Source: Lama guanicoe (lineage: Eukaryota). From it: a stretch of 64,000 bases of DNA. The stretch spans positions 558,026-622,025 of the forward strand of contig MU054220.1 in NCBI GenBank assembly GCA_013239625.1, written 5' to 3'. Numbering within the stretch: the stretch's first letter is position 1; each line of letters opens with the position of its first letter. Position numbers and translations under genes: made by a program. Shown here piece by piece: positions 1 to 11,612 of the stretch. The notes beneath the pieces were generated by a model, which saw only the letters and a list, made by a program, of their open reading frames with translations, was not told the DNA's origin and made no database searches.

Positions 1-2399
1 AAAAAAAATAGAAACATAGAACATAGATAAGCTAAAGTCTCTGAAAAACCATAAACCAAGTCAGTTCAGTATTCTGTCATAAATCAGCTCTAAAATCTAA
101 CAAATGTTCAGCTCGCTTACTTCTGCAAGAAGCAACTTCTTCCTCTCTCAAGCGTGAGTACTAACACTGCATCCTCAGCTCCCTGGCCGTGTGAAAAACA
201 GGCATGAGAAAAACATTCAGGTGCACACCCTGACACTGCCACTCCTTACATCCATGCCCTTGTGTGCTCTTGGCTCATAAGTTCTTTACCTGTGAAATGA
301 GGGAACAAATTTCATTCTTCTAAGAACCTTTTCCACCATCATGTCCTTTTCAGAATTAAAATTATTATATTCTTGGCCAATGTTTTACTGACCATCTCCT
401 TAGAGTTGTAACAGTGTCCCCTTTTTTATGTGTAGTCACCTAATAAAATAGTCAGTGTTATTCTATGATTTTGATCTGATTTTTCTAGAAAATGTCACCC
501 CACCTTCAGTAGACAACCAGATCCTCCTTGAATTTACTGCTCCCTGAATCCAAAAATTTCTTAGACTATAGAAATCATAATAAAGTCTATTTTAAAAATC
601 AGTTGTTAATTAGTATCTTCTTAACCCAGTAGTTAAAAATGTATTTTCAACAAATATGACATATTTACGGAGGATGATGGCAAGGGAGAAAGGAATAAAG
701 TATTCACATATTTTCCTCTGCACTTATTTTGAAACGTTTCTTCTTTTATAGCTTTTTCTGTCCTCTTTTCATTGAAATTGCAGACATTCCTTAACTACTT
801 AAATAATTTCCTTTCCTTTCTGACGTGAGTCCTACTGAGGAGCTTCACTTTCTAATTTTCCCCAGTCTATACCTGAAAACTACAAAATTCACATAATCTT
901 AGTAACTACTGTGACCTATCACACGACCAAATCAAATAAATGATGGGAGGTGACCGCACAGAAAAAAAGCCTGAAGGCAGGGAGTCCTTTGTTTCCCAAA
1001 GTAGTCAAATCCACTTCTTACGGACTCTGTACATCACCACATCATTCCTGAGTGTTTTAGGTGCAAAGCTAAGTAAAATTTTAGGGAAGGTTTCTATCCT
1101 AAAGATGCATTTGTTTCCTCCTAAGACATTGCTTATTTAGTTCAAGTTAATTTTTATATGCTCCCAAGTCATCAACCCACCAGTTAGTGTCCTTTAAACC
1201 CGAATTACCAGAGCACCTCTACAACTGGACAATGAATGCCCTGCAAGATGAGGGAACTGTGGCATGTGGTTAGAATCCCATCCATCCAAGAGCCCTTGAA
1301 GACAGAGAGCTACTGTTTATACCCTTGGAGTTTCTTTTCTCTGCTGTGATTCAAGGAAGGCTATCGCTCTGGACCTTAGGTGAAGAAAGGATCTCCATCC
1401 ATCCCCATGCGGTATTTATCACGGGGTCTAAGGTCAAAGAACATGTGTGTTCGTTCCTTAATGTCTTTCCAGTTAAGGAGAATTTTACTGGAAAGTTACA
1501 GATACATAGAACATTCTTTCATGTATTTTTTAGGTTTACAAAGGGCTTACTAAAATAATTTGTTGACAATGGAGTTGAACATTCTGTGATTTTGCTCTAG
1601 TCTTGTATCATTTTCAGTAGCCTTTCCTCTTTATCCATCTACATTCAAAACGAACGCTTGCTTCTGCTCTGCTCTGTGAAGTCCACTAACAATAGCAAAC
1701 ATCTAGTAAACACGCGCTGCCCATTAGGTATGAGCCAATTGTCGGGGTTTAGCTTATTTATCTTCACAACAACCCTATGGGAGAGATACTATTATCAGTC
1801 CCACTGCACCGATGTAGAAAGTGGGGCACAGCGCAGATTCTCAAGACAGAGGTTACATTAACAGGGAGAAGGAATGACTGCCTGTAAAAGGATGGAGATT
1901 TTTACTTATTTATTTTTTATCCTGAATAAGCTATATGGGAACTGACTTTATGATTCATTATTCTGTACATTATTGCATCTTTGGCCATCTTATCTTATTT
2001 AGGGACTAAAGGTTAAAATGATAAAAGTATAAATACAACCTAAGGGCATAGCCCAAGGTACTGAAAGTTAATACAAGCTGTAAGTCTGTTTTACTTCTAA
2101 AGCACAAATTACCAAAGGACTCTGGGAGAACTCCTTATCATCTGTCTATTTCACATAATCCAATTAAATATTTTTTACACCTTCTCTTTGCCAGTTACAT
2201 GTCTTCCTCAGTCCTGACTTAGTCGTGTTGTCACCTCCTCAGATCTCAGAACTTCCTCCACAGGATCCCCGGTGCTCCTCTTCTCTTCCATCCTTCTGTC
2301 CTCACTCTCCCGTTCTTTCTATTGATACCTGTTTCCTCAAAAAACTCATTTCTCCGTGGGTTCTCTTCCCCCTGAACAAAAAGCACCGAAGTATTTCTT

Positions 2400-3760
2400 C
2401 CTGGATTCTTTAAAAACATCTTAAAGATATTTTTTATAAATATGATGGCTTTTGAGTGACTTGTTGTGTAAACTTCAAGCCATGGGTCAAAGTTCATTTT
2501 CTGCAATTTGGCCAGTTGTTCTAGCCCTGTTCGTTAAAAAAGACTATCCTTTCTCCATCAAATTACCTCTCCCTTTGTGTCAAAAATCAGTGGACATCTG
2601 AATGACTCTATTTATGGGCTCTATTCTATTCCATGGATATTTGTATATAGATTTTCACAAATACCATGCTGCCTTCATTACTGAAACTTTATAGTAAATC
2701 TTGAAATTATGTAATGTGTGTTCTCCAACACTGCTTTTCATTTTTGGGGACTTATTTCAACTATTCTATCGGCATTGCCTTTTTATATGAATGTGAGAAT
2801 CAGCTTGATATTTGAAGAAAAAGCTTACTGGAATTTTGATAAGATTGCATTGAATCTAAAAAACAAGTTGGAGAAATAGAAATCTTAACAATCGAGAGTA
2901 TTCTAATCAAAAAGCAGTGTATATCTCTCCATTTGTTTACATCTTCTTTGATTTATTTTATAATTGTTTTGTAATTTTCTGCATACAGGTCCTACACATA
3001 CTTCATCACATTTATAAGCAGATAGGTTATAACTTTTTCATTTTATATTTCATTTTTTCCATTGCTGGTATATAGGAATGCAATCAATTTTGTATGTGGA
3101 CAATGTATTCTATGAACTTGCAAATTCACTTATTAGTTCCAAGAGAATTTTATAGACTCTTTGAGATTTTAACATACACAGTTGTGTTGCCTAAAATTAA
3201 GGACAGTTTTATTTCTTCTAATTGGCATGAATTTCATTTATTTTTCTTGTTTATGACACTAGCTAGGGCTTTCCACATTGGTTGAACACTAAGCGGTGGA
3301 AAAAGGACCTCCTCGCCTTGTTCCAGACCAATGGAGGGAAGCAGTCCCTCACCATTAACTATAACATTAAGCTAGTGTTCCATCATAGATATTTACATTA
3401 GGTAAAGTAGATATTTACATTAGGTATCTATTACATAGATATTTACATTAAAACCCTCAATAATCTAAGAACAAAATCAACTCCCAGTTGAGGAAACTAG
3501 GTTGAATTTTGTTAAAAACTTTTTTTTTTTTGCATCTATGGATAGGATCATACGGTGGTCCTTATTCAGTCTGTTAATATGGTAAATCACAATGATTATT
3601 TTTTCAATTATTGAACAAGCCTCCCATTGTTTATATGGACCCCATTTGGTTGTGATGTGTTGTTTTGAATTGCTGGCTCTGGCTTATTAACGTTTCCTTA
3701 AAGATTTTTATGTCTATGGTTATGGAAAAAAATCTCCTTTGTTTTCAGTTCTTGCACTGT
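2400..3760 (-). mobile_element. Old degenerate LINE-1 ORF2-region fragment
   Basis: T-rich antisense L1-like sequence (e.g. ttctattccatggatat, gattgcattgaatcta, ttgctggtatataggaatgcaat); no ORF; boundaries approximate. Confidence 0.75.
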
Positions 3761-3919
3761 GCTTTTTTCATAAATAGCAAGCCCTACTTTTATCCAAAGG
3801 ATCTAGTATATATTATGTTTGTATTTTTTAGTGAAAAAGTTGAATGCTGAGGGATATTTGATGTTAACCTGCTACCTCATGGCAGGACGGCGCTGGGAGG
3901 AGCAGAGGTGAACAGGATA

Positions 3920-4420
3920 GTCAGGCACACCTCAGTCCAAAGTCTAGCTCTGCTGCAGACCGGCTGTCGTGAACTTGTGGAAATCACCTCCCCTCTTCAG
4001 ACCTCAGCTTTCAACTCTGTATAGTGGAGATCATCCTCTCTGCCTTGTAAAGTCGCCATGAGGATATGACGAGAACAGAGGTCTCACATACATGACACAC
4101 AGCGCGGCACAGGAGAAACAGGCACCCAACCAACACTCTTCCCTTCATTTACAAAAGAAGTAACATCTGATTTAGCACTTTGTCAGAGCAAACGTGGTTC
4201 TTTTAAAATTCTCACTCAGTGGTTAGAGGGGGGAGCATCACAGGTAAAAGTTCCAGCAAACCAAGGATGAGACCCGAGTGAATCTCAGCTCCACTGCACA
4301 TAGCTGGTTGACGCAGACTGAATTTCTTAACCTCCCAAACCCAGGCTCCTTATCTTTAAAATACAGATGAGTCATTCATGTCTTTGCTTAACAAAGCACT
4401 TGATACGCATTACCAATTAT
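3920..4420. mobile_element. MIR SINE fragments
   Basis: Core-like motifs (acctcagctttcaactctgtatagtggaga; aatctcagctccactgc; aaagcacttga); approximate. Confidence 0.55.
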
Positions 4421-4591
4421 TATTACTTACCAAGACGTGCATATGAATTTTTTCCTACCCTAAGTCCTTTAGGTATAAGTCAGCTGAATCTCCATCAATT
4501 TATACAAAAGCAGTATCATGACACAAGCACCTAGAGACACTGCTTTCTGCCTCCTGCAACCAACCACTGCAGCCAAATGAGCTAGGTTTGC

Positions 4592-4669
4592 TGTGGGAGC
4601 CCAAGATTGGGTGCTTGTGACCTTTAAGGAGAACAAATGTGCTTTGCTAGCAGGCGCCTGTGCACTTGC
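4592..4669 (+). repeat. Inverted copy of the first ~103 nt of the proviral LTR (U3 end)
   Basis: tgtgggagcccaagattggg/tgcttgtgacctttaaggagaacaaatgtgctttgctagcaggcgcctgtgca matches the reverse complement of 8058-8160 with a 25-nt deletion and 6 mismatches counted by eye. Confidence 0.95.
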
Positions 4670-5220
4670 GAGATTGCTTTTACTTGCACTGACAGATCTG
4701 TACCCCCAACACCAGTAGTGACTGATTGGCCTAAAGATTTTTCACATTGAGGCCACTCGTGCTGCACGGGAGCAAACATCTGCCCCCGTATCTAATAATC
4801 TATGAATAGTTATGCCGTTTAGATTTGCTGGTAAAAGAGGCTGTTGGGACCCAATCCTTTTTGTCCAGTAGAGAGCTGTCGTGGCTAAGGGATGACAGGT
4901 TTTAGAGCTGGCAAAGGTCCCTTTAAGCGGAAGGAGAAGTTTGCAAGCCGAGTTCCCAGAGAGATGACACAAACTCCGGAGGATTGTAAAAGCACGTTCA
5001 CATCACCAGTAAAATTAGAATCAAGTAATTTAGGCAAAACCAGAATGTCCTGCTGTGATCCATCTGAGCAGCCCATGATTAGACTCTGGGTCCCTTCAGG
5101 GAAAGGGCCAGAGGTTCCAGTGAGGTGGAGTGTATACAATCCTGTCCCTTCAGAATTAATTCTGAGGTAGAACACAAGTCCACTGCGGAGGCACAGCTGA
5201 GGGGGTTTCCACAGCACCAG
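4670..5220 (-). pseudogene. ERV pro region: dUTPase plus aspartic protease, frameshifted and truncated
   Basis: dUTPase-like motifs SAVDLCST, TGTSGPFPEG..LIMG, LLDSNFTGDVNV; protease active site LLDTGADV (ORF 4742..4972); after a frameshift, WP...TTGVGG flap, then sequence stops at the inverted U3 copy. Confidence 0.9.
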
Positions 5221-6691
5221 ACCGAGGAGGCTGGGTCAGAAAGACCTGTGTTTGAGGTGACCGGGCAAGATCGCTCCACTTGAGGTTTGGGGCACAGGAG
5301 CTGGCACCCCATTTCCCATTTCCCAAAACCAGATCGCCATCCTTATCAAATTTAGAGCGACATTGGTTTGCCCAATGTCCTCCTCTGCTACACCTAAGGC
5401 AGTCTTTGTCAGGTAATTTCTGCCCTCCCTTAGTGAACTGGTGACATTCCCTTGGAACACGGCCAGGTTTACCACACTTAGAGCAGGTCACAGCAGAAGG
5501 GGATCTCATTAAAGCCACAAGGACCCGAGCACGATGGGTTTCAGTCCCCACATTCTGGCAAGCCTTTATATAACTGGCTATATTTTTGTTTTGAGCTTGA
5601 ATATTGGCAAGAGCTGCCTGGCAATCTGCATTAGCATTTCCATAAGTCAGCTGTTGTAAGAACATTTTCATGGCTTCCTAATTATCTACTTGGCGAGAGA
5701 TGCTCTGTTTTAAGTGATTAATAAAATCAACATAGGTTTCCGTGGCACCTTGTTGAATGGTAGCAAAGGAGCCAGTAGCAGCTCTGGCATTGGAAACCTT
5801 ACACCATGCCGCGAGAGCAGTATCAATACATTGCCTAAAAGTCAGCCTACCCATATGGATCTGTCGCTGAATATCAGCATAGTGACCTGTTCCTTCGAGC
5901 ATTTCTATAGATACATCAACACCAGCATCAGCATCACCAGCAGCTGGTAAGAGACAACCGTCATGATGTTCAGAAAACCAAACAGCAAACTGAGCAGAAG
6001 TTAACACAGTTTTCACAAGAGCTCTCCAATCCCAAGGAGCCGTAACATATAAATGTCCAATCGTATCAAGAATACCTTTAGTAAATGAACTCTGGGTCCC
6101 ATTTGCCATAACACTAGTTCTTAGTTCTTTGAATACTGAGAAAGGGACAGCTTAATAGTCAATACCTTGCCCACGCCCTGCAAACACCGGGTAAGCATGC
6201 AGCTCTCCCAAATGTAAGCCTTCTTTAAAACATTGTTCCATAGCAGTTCGCTACAATCATATCCTCGGGAGAGGGAGGAGGAGGCGGTGGCAACGGCAGA
6301 TTGATCTCCTGTGAAAGAGGGGCAGATGGTGCAGAAGGGACTGGGGGTGAAGTAGGAGGAGAGGAAGGGAGAGAATGGGGTTCAGGTTCAGCATAATCAT
6401 TCTGCGAGAAATAATACAAGGGACATAGAGCAGTGAGTACCAAACTCCAAGTAGTTATAGTGGAAGTGGGGATTTTCTCCCCTTGCTGGTGCCTACATTT
6501 TAAATTTTTGCCAACCATTCCCAGAGTTCCAAATCAATTGTTCCATGGTCTGGAAACCAGGGACAAATCTCCCGTACCATTTGTAACAATATAATACGTT
6601 GCTCATCCAACATGGAGCAGTGAGCTGCTTTCAGCAGCTGCTGCGACGAGCCGAGGTAGATCATTTGTTCCTTAGTTAGTTGTTGACCCAT
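5156..6691 (-). pseudogene. ERV gag (MA-late domain-CA-NC), disrupted
   Basis: MGQQLTKEQ...CPWFPDHGTIDLELW (beta-type MA; ATG at 6691); PSAPSAP and Pro-rich late-domain region; MHR IQQGATETYVDFINHL; NANADCQ; two Zn knuckles CSKCGKPGRVPREC and CLRCSRGGHWANQC. In-frame stop at 5678-5680 and frameshifts near 6510 and 6200. Confidence 0.93.
5311..5324 (-). promoter_or_regulatory. Candidate gag-pro -1 frameshift slippery heptamer (G GGA AAT, twice in tandem)
   Basis: Minus strand gggaaatgggaaat just after the second Zn knuckle (LGNGK), where betaretroviruses have G GGA AAC. Confidence 0.55.
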
Positions 6692-6770
6692 AGTAAGAAA
6701 ACGAGAGAAAAACAAGGCTCTCACTGAATTCTAGGCACGGTGGCAACTATCCCCAGCGGGCGTTGCTGTT

Positions 6771-6780
6771 CTCTTACCGG
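6771..6780 (-). promoter_or_regulatory. Probable retroviral major splice donor
   Basis: Minus strand ccg|gtaaga between the PBS and the gag ATG. Confidence 0.5.
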
Positions 6781-6853
6781 GATGAAGTCTACAGGGACCC
6801 AGATGCGGTTTCTCTCTCCAGCTGAAGCATGCCATTCTGGCACTACGCAGTCG

Positions 6854-6871
6854 ATCACCTCGGGGTCACCA
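6854..6871 (-). promoter_or_regulatory. Primer-binding site complementary to tRNA-Trp
   Basis: Minus strand TGGTGACCCCGAGGTGAT, 2 nt after the LTR end (…agccaCA ac TGG…); 17/18 match to the known Trp PBS TGGTGACCCCGACGTGAT. Confidence 0.9.
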
Positions 6872-6873
6872 GT

Positions 6874-8160
6874 TGTGGCTTTTGCCCAGCAGAAGTCCTA
6901 TCAAGACAGAATGAATTACTCAAGACTCTGTGGAAAGTCAGGAGAGCAAGAGGCAGTCCTAGACCAACTCCTGGAGCCTCTCAAACACTGCCGTATTTAT
7001 TGTGCACAGTCAAAGAAAAGATGACAAATAACTGTGTCATGGAATGCAGGAGCTTAAGGAAAAACAGGATCGAGTAGAGGTCATGAACTCCACAGTGGGT
7101 ACAAAGGCTTAATTTATCCTCAGGGCAGTCATGGGGAGAGGGGAACAAGCTACAGTCTTCAGATATAAGAAGTTGATTACAAAACAGACCAGCAGACCAG
7201 CCAGTTTCTCGTCTTGGGGGTTGCAGGCTATCTAAACAGCAGAAAGTGATGCCGGAAAAATAGACGTGGGGCTTGAGGAGGGCCCTGTCCCAGGTCTCGG
7301 TTGAGCCCCTGGGACATGTCCCGCCAAGTGTGGGTCCTTGGCTTCAAGCAGGAAAGAATTCAAGAGCAAGCCACAGTTGAGTAAAGGTAGATTTATTCAG
7401 AGAGATACATTGAAAGGCAAGAGAAAGGCCCCGAGGTGTGGGGGTTGGGTGCTCAGATTAAAAGTAGGTACACACTCCATAGACCAAGTATAGGCCATCT
7501 CCCAAGAGGGAGAGAAAGGGGCCCTGGCCGGAAGGCACCATGTTGCCAGTATTAATGGGCTCAGTGGCTTCACATGCTAATAAGTGGAAGGAGTAGTCTA
7601 ACTAGCCTGGGGAAGGGGCTGAGATTCCTAGGAAGTTGGCCATTTCCCACTATGTGGCCTTTTGTGTCTAGCCTTGGGACTGTCATGGCGCCTGTGGGCA
7701 TGTTATTCACCATGTTAATATATTACAATGAGCATATAATGAAGCTCAGGTTTGTTAGAAGTTAAATCTCCCAGCATCTTGAGCCTCAAGGTCTGCTGGG
7801 GGTTGAATCTTCCACCATTTTGATGTTAATTGCTGTAGCATTCCTTGAATGGCTGTGCCCTGCCCGCTTCCTGTCTCAAAGCGATGCTCAGCATTTATAG
7901 CTGAGGGCATGGGTCATCACTCTGTAAGGAGTAGGGTAAACCCTGAACAATGGACCTATGCTGAGCAGAAGCCCTGATGTGGAAGCAGCCCTAAGCTAAA
8001 ACCTCAGTTATGCAAGCAAGGCATTGCCTCTGCTTTTTACAGCAAGGAGACAGGAGTGCAGATGCACAGGCGCCCGCTAGCAAAGCACATTTGTTCTCCT
8101 TAAAGGTTGCAAGCAGCTCGGGTCTGTTACAATTTATTAACCCAAACTTGGGCTCCCACA
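6874..8160 (-). mobile_element. 5' LTR of the class II provirus (~650 bp, interrupted by a nested LTR)
   Basis: Starts TGTGGGAG (8160), ends GCCACA (6874) before the PBS; terminal inverted repeat tgtgg/ccaca; AATAAA on the minus strand at 6996-7001. Confidence 0.88.
7247..7878 (-). mobile_element. Nested ERV1-type solo LTR
   Basis: Minus strand TGAGACAGGAAG...TTTCCGGCATCA; AATAAA at 7392-7397 followed by a MER41/ERV1-like R-U5 (ggctcttgaattctttcctgc-type); short aag/aaag target duplication. Confidence 0.8.
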
Positions 8161-10169
8161 GTTTACCTGTTATTTTAATTATAGTTAAAACTGTAACAAG
8201 TATGAGCTTGAAGAACTAATTATAGATTACATGCAGTAAGTCAGGCTGAGACTCTGAAAGTGCAAAATGCACAAGTCATGCCTGAGCTAGCTGCTCTCCG
8301 CACTGGGCACGGCCTGCTGTCAGCCCTCCTAGGGAAGGTGTCGGAGTCCAGAGTGTCCCCAGTAAGAATCCCAATATGACAGAAATGCGGAAATAAGCAC
8401 CATTTAGAAATTCTCTTTTGCATCAAATCAGCATTTTGCATGCATTGGCAACCCACTAAAATGCATTTTGATGAGCCACGTAAGTAAGTTCATAGGGAAG
8501 CTGGGCCAGACAGAAAGAATGGGTTAGAATCAATATTCTTTCAGGGGAGGGACCCGACTTTTGTTACTTTCCTGAAAGACAAGCTAGTTCCTTTTTAGGT
8601 GACAGTTATCATTCACAGATTAAAGCATGAGAGTGGGAATAAAAACGATGGGGGCATAAAAAGGGCTTGATGATCTATCTACACAAATATGAGGTCAAAA
8701 GGCTGAAGCAGCCATGGGAGAAGAGGGCTCATTCAGAAGAACTGGGGTCTTCATTCCTCTGCTAGGTAAACAGGATGCTTATTTTATCTTGTCTGCCCTG
8801 AGTTATCAGCTCTTGTCCTGACTCTGTGCAAGACATGTTTAGATTCTGAAATGGAACGTGTAAGATGTGGATAGAGAGTTAAGGGGGAAAAAAATGAATT
8901 TCTCATCAAAGGGCAGGAAGTGTGAGGGCTCCCGTGTCCTTTATCCATTATTTGCTCCTCCTTTTCTCTCTATAGCAAATCCTCTTACCACCTCTCTCAT
9001 TATCTTCTGTACTTGACCTCCAACTCAAGAGAGAGGCCAAGTCCAGAAAAAGAGCATAGAAGAGTCAGGCACAAATGCCTCCTTGTTATCTCCCCTGGTC
9101 TCCCAGCTGCCTCAAGTCTCTCTCCACTCCATTCCTTCAGGCACATGCTCTAACCTTCCAATGGCCATGACTGTCACTTCTCTGCTCAAACACCCCTACC
9201 GCCCTCGGAACACCAGGCACAGTGCATCCTTGGTACCAGGTACCACACAGGTACCTGGTGCCTTTTCCTTCATTAACCCCAATGCTTACAACGATCTTAG
9301 GAGGAAGCTGTTATTCTATTATTATTGTTATCATCCCCAATATTATTCAGACTCCATAATTGTGTGCAGCTGTATTTTCAGCCTTTTTTTCCACCATTGT
9401 TCCTTGAACCCCAATCAAACTGAAAGTCTCACTGTTTCCTGTTCACGCCATGTCATTGCTCTCCTTTGGTTCTTGCTGGTGGCTTCCCTCCAATAGGAAT
9501 GCTCTCTTATTTAACATTTATTTCCTTTTCAAAGCTGATCTCAAACACACCCCTGCCATGGGGATTTCTCTTATCTCTGAGCCAAAAATAATATTTTCTC
9601 TCAATTCTTACACATATTTTTGTACCACATTTATGAAACTTCTATTTGATTTTGTGTGTCTTTCTCTCCCCTACTACACTGCTCATTTTTCAAGAAAATT
9701 TTATTTGATTTTTTTGCTCAGCTAAGTAATTAAACACCATAGAACACAACTTAAAAAATAAATCTGATGTTACTTTTTTAGGAACTGTTGAGATGATAAT
9801 TTTTCCAATTCCTCTCTGCTCTTACAGTGCTAATTTTACCTCCCTCCTCATGTTTTCTGCTCCTTATTATGTCTTTGTACAGTGTGCATAATATGAGTGT
9901 AACTTTTGCATCACATCTGTGTATTCTAAGACTCTTCCAGTACTTTAATTATCTTCCTTTCCATGAAAACCTGTTAGGCAGTGTATTCTCTCTAATGGCA
10001 TGTGCTTGTTTCTTAAGAGAACATTTATTTAAATCCCATTAAGCATGCAAAAAAGGCCTTTCATAAATTTCCTTCAGTTTATCTAGAAAATCTTTCTCAG
10101 CAAGCACCTCTGCATTCCAGTTACAAGATGATTTTATATAGCTATTGTGCCACAATGTATACTTTTAAT

Positions 10170-10775
10170 GAATAAACTGTATTTTTTAAAGCAGTTTTGG
10201 GTTCACAGCAAAACTGAAGGACAATTACCAAGAGTTCTCATGTACCCCCCACCTCCATATGAGGACACCTTCTCCCACCAGAATGAGATATTTGTTAGAA
10301 TCAAAGGAACCTACATTGACACAACTTTATCAACCAAAACTTACATTAGGGTTCACTCTAGGTGCTGTACATCTGATGGGTCATGACATGTACCATGACA
10401 TTCATAATTGTAGTAACATACAGAAAACTTCCCAGCACTGAAAATCATTTTTCTCTACCTATTCATCATTCCCTCCTGCACAACCCTTGGCATCCACTGA
10501 TCTTTCTGATTTCCCATGGTTTTGCCATTTCTAGAATGTCATATACTTGAAGTCATACAGTAGGCAGCCTTTTTAGATCAACTTCTTTCACTTAGTAATA
10601 CGCACTTAAGTTTCCTGCATATTTTCATGGCTTGATAGCTCATTTCTTTTCAGTGCTGAATAATGTTCCATTGTCTGGGTGTATCACAGTTTATCTACTC
10701 ACCTGCAGGACATATTAGTTGTTTACAAGGTTTGGCAATTATAAATAAAGTTGCTATAGACATCCATGTGCAGCC
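10170..10775 (-). mobile_element. Old L1 3' end (L1MB/MC-like)
   Basis: Characteristic antisense 3'UTR (cagttttgggttcacagcaaaactga, ttttgccatttctagaatgtcatata, gatagctcatttcttttcagtgctgaataat). Confidence 0.8.
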
Positions 10776-11612
10776 AAAATGCTGTGGCTTGTTTCTTTGT
10801 TTGATTTAGATCATGTATTATTTGTCTTTTGCTAGTTTTCTGTTCCCTTTGTTGTAGCAGGAAAGGTCTTTGATTCTCAATCCAGTGACTGACTAGCCAC
10901 TTACTTATCATTTCAGGCAGGTAAGGGTTTGTCAGCACTTACATTTTACTATTCAGTTCTGTAAGTTTTATGGAAAATATTTTGTATTCTGATCAATAGG
11001 TGGAAAAACAGTAATTATGTTTTAACCATCCTGTATTGATTTTCACTCTGTCTTTACTAGTTATTATTATTTTTTTTAATGTGAGATCAGGAGAATTGAC
11101 CATCAGAAAATAAGTTAAAATAGATTCTACCACACTGATTTCTTTGTTGCACAATTGATTTCTGAATGTCACTGGAGAATATATTTCAACTTCTCTACTT
11201 CATAACATGTGTCACTATATGGACTGGCCCATAAGCCTAGAATTTTGAATAGAATTATCATTAAAATACTTTTCTTTACTATCCAATGATCAATACAGCA
11301 TTGCCTTATTTGCTTTGACCCAGATATTTTGTTTTGTTTTGTTTTTCCTGCAGGTAACCCTACATACACCACCATAATATTCCACAAAATTAACCAAGTT
11401 TTCAATTATGTTGGTATGCAAAAATTAGTGTGGGTTCAGTTACTTCTTTAAATTTCTAACTTCTATTTTTCTCAAATCATTCCATTCATATAGTGACAGA
11501 ATATAAAATCTATGAGATAATTTTGGCTTCTAAAATTCCTATCAAGCCTTTTTCTTTTATAACATTGCTTATACATATGCTTCTTCAAATTAACTTTGTA
11601 GTGCCTTTGAAA

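Larger units (their letters stand above)
4592..8160 (-). mobile_element. Defective class II (betaretrovirus-like/ERVK) provirus: 5'LTR-PBS-gag-dUTPase-pro(truncated), ending in an inverted U3 copy
   Basis: TG...CA termini (4592 tgtggg; cccaca 8160) flanked by gtttgc (4586-4591) and gtttac (8161-8166); Gag, dUTPase and protease motifs on the minus strand; no pol or env. Confidence 0.92.

Noticed and set aside
1..1300. Possible promoter or 5' exon of an OR lying left of the window
   Set aside because: Only weak donor- and O/E-like words, with no paralog or CDS in the window to support them.
3387..3450. Three copies of tagatatttacatta
   Set aside because: Local slippage inside an old L1; not CRISPR-like (no unique spacers, eukaryotic context).
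4892..7077. Plus-strand ORFs over the ERV (4892..5170, 5714..5950, 6740..7024, 6829..7077)
   Set aside because: Antisense shadows of gag/pro/LTR with no recognisable motifs.
9232..9262. 13-bp-stem hairpin ggtaccaggtacc-acaca-ggtacctggtgcc
   Set aside because: Isolated, lies among L2/MIR debris, no ncRNA hallmarks.
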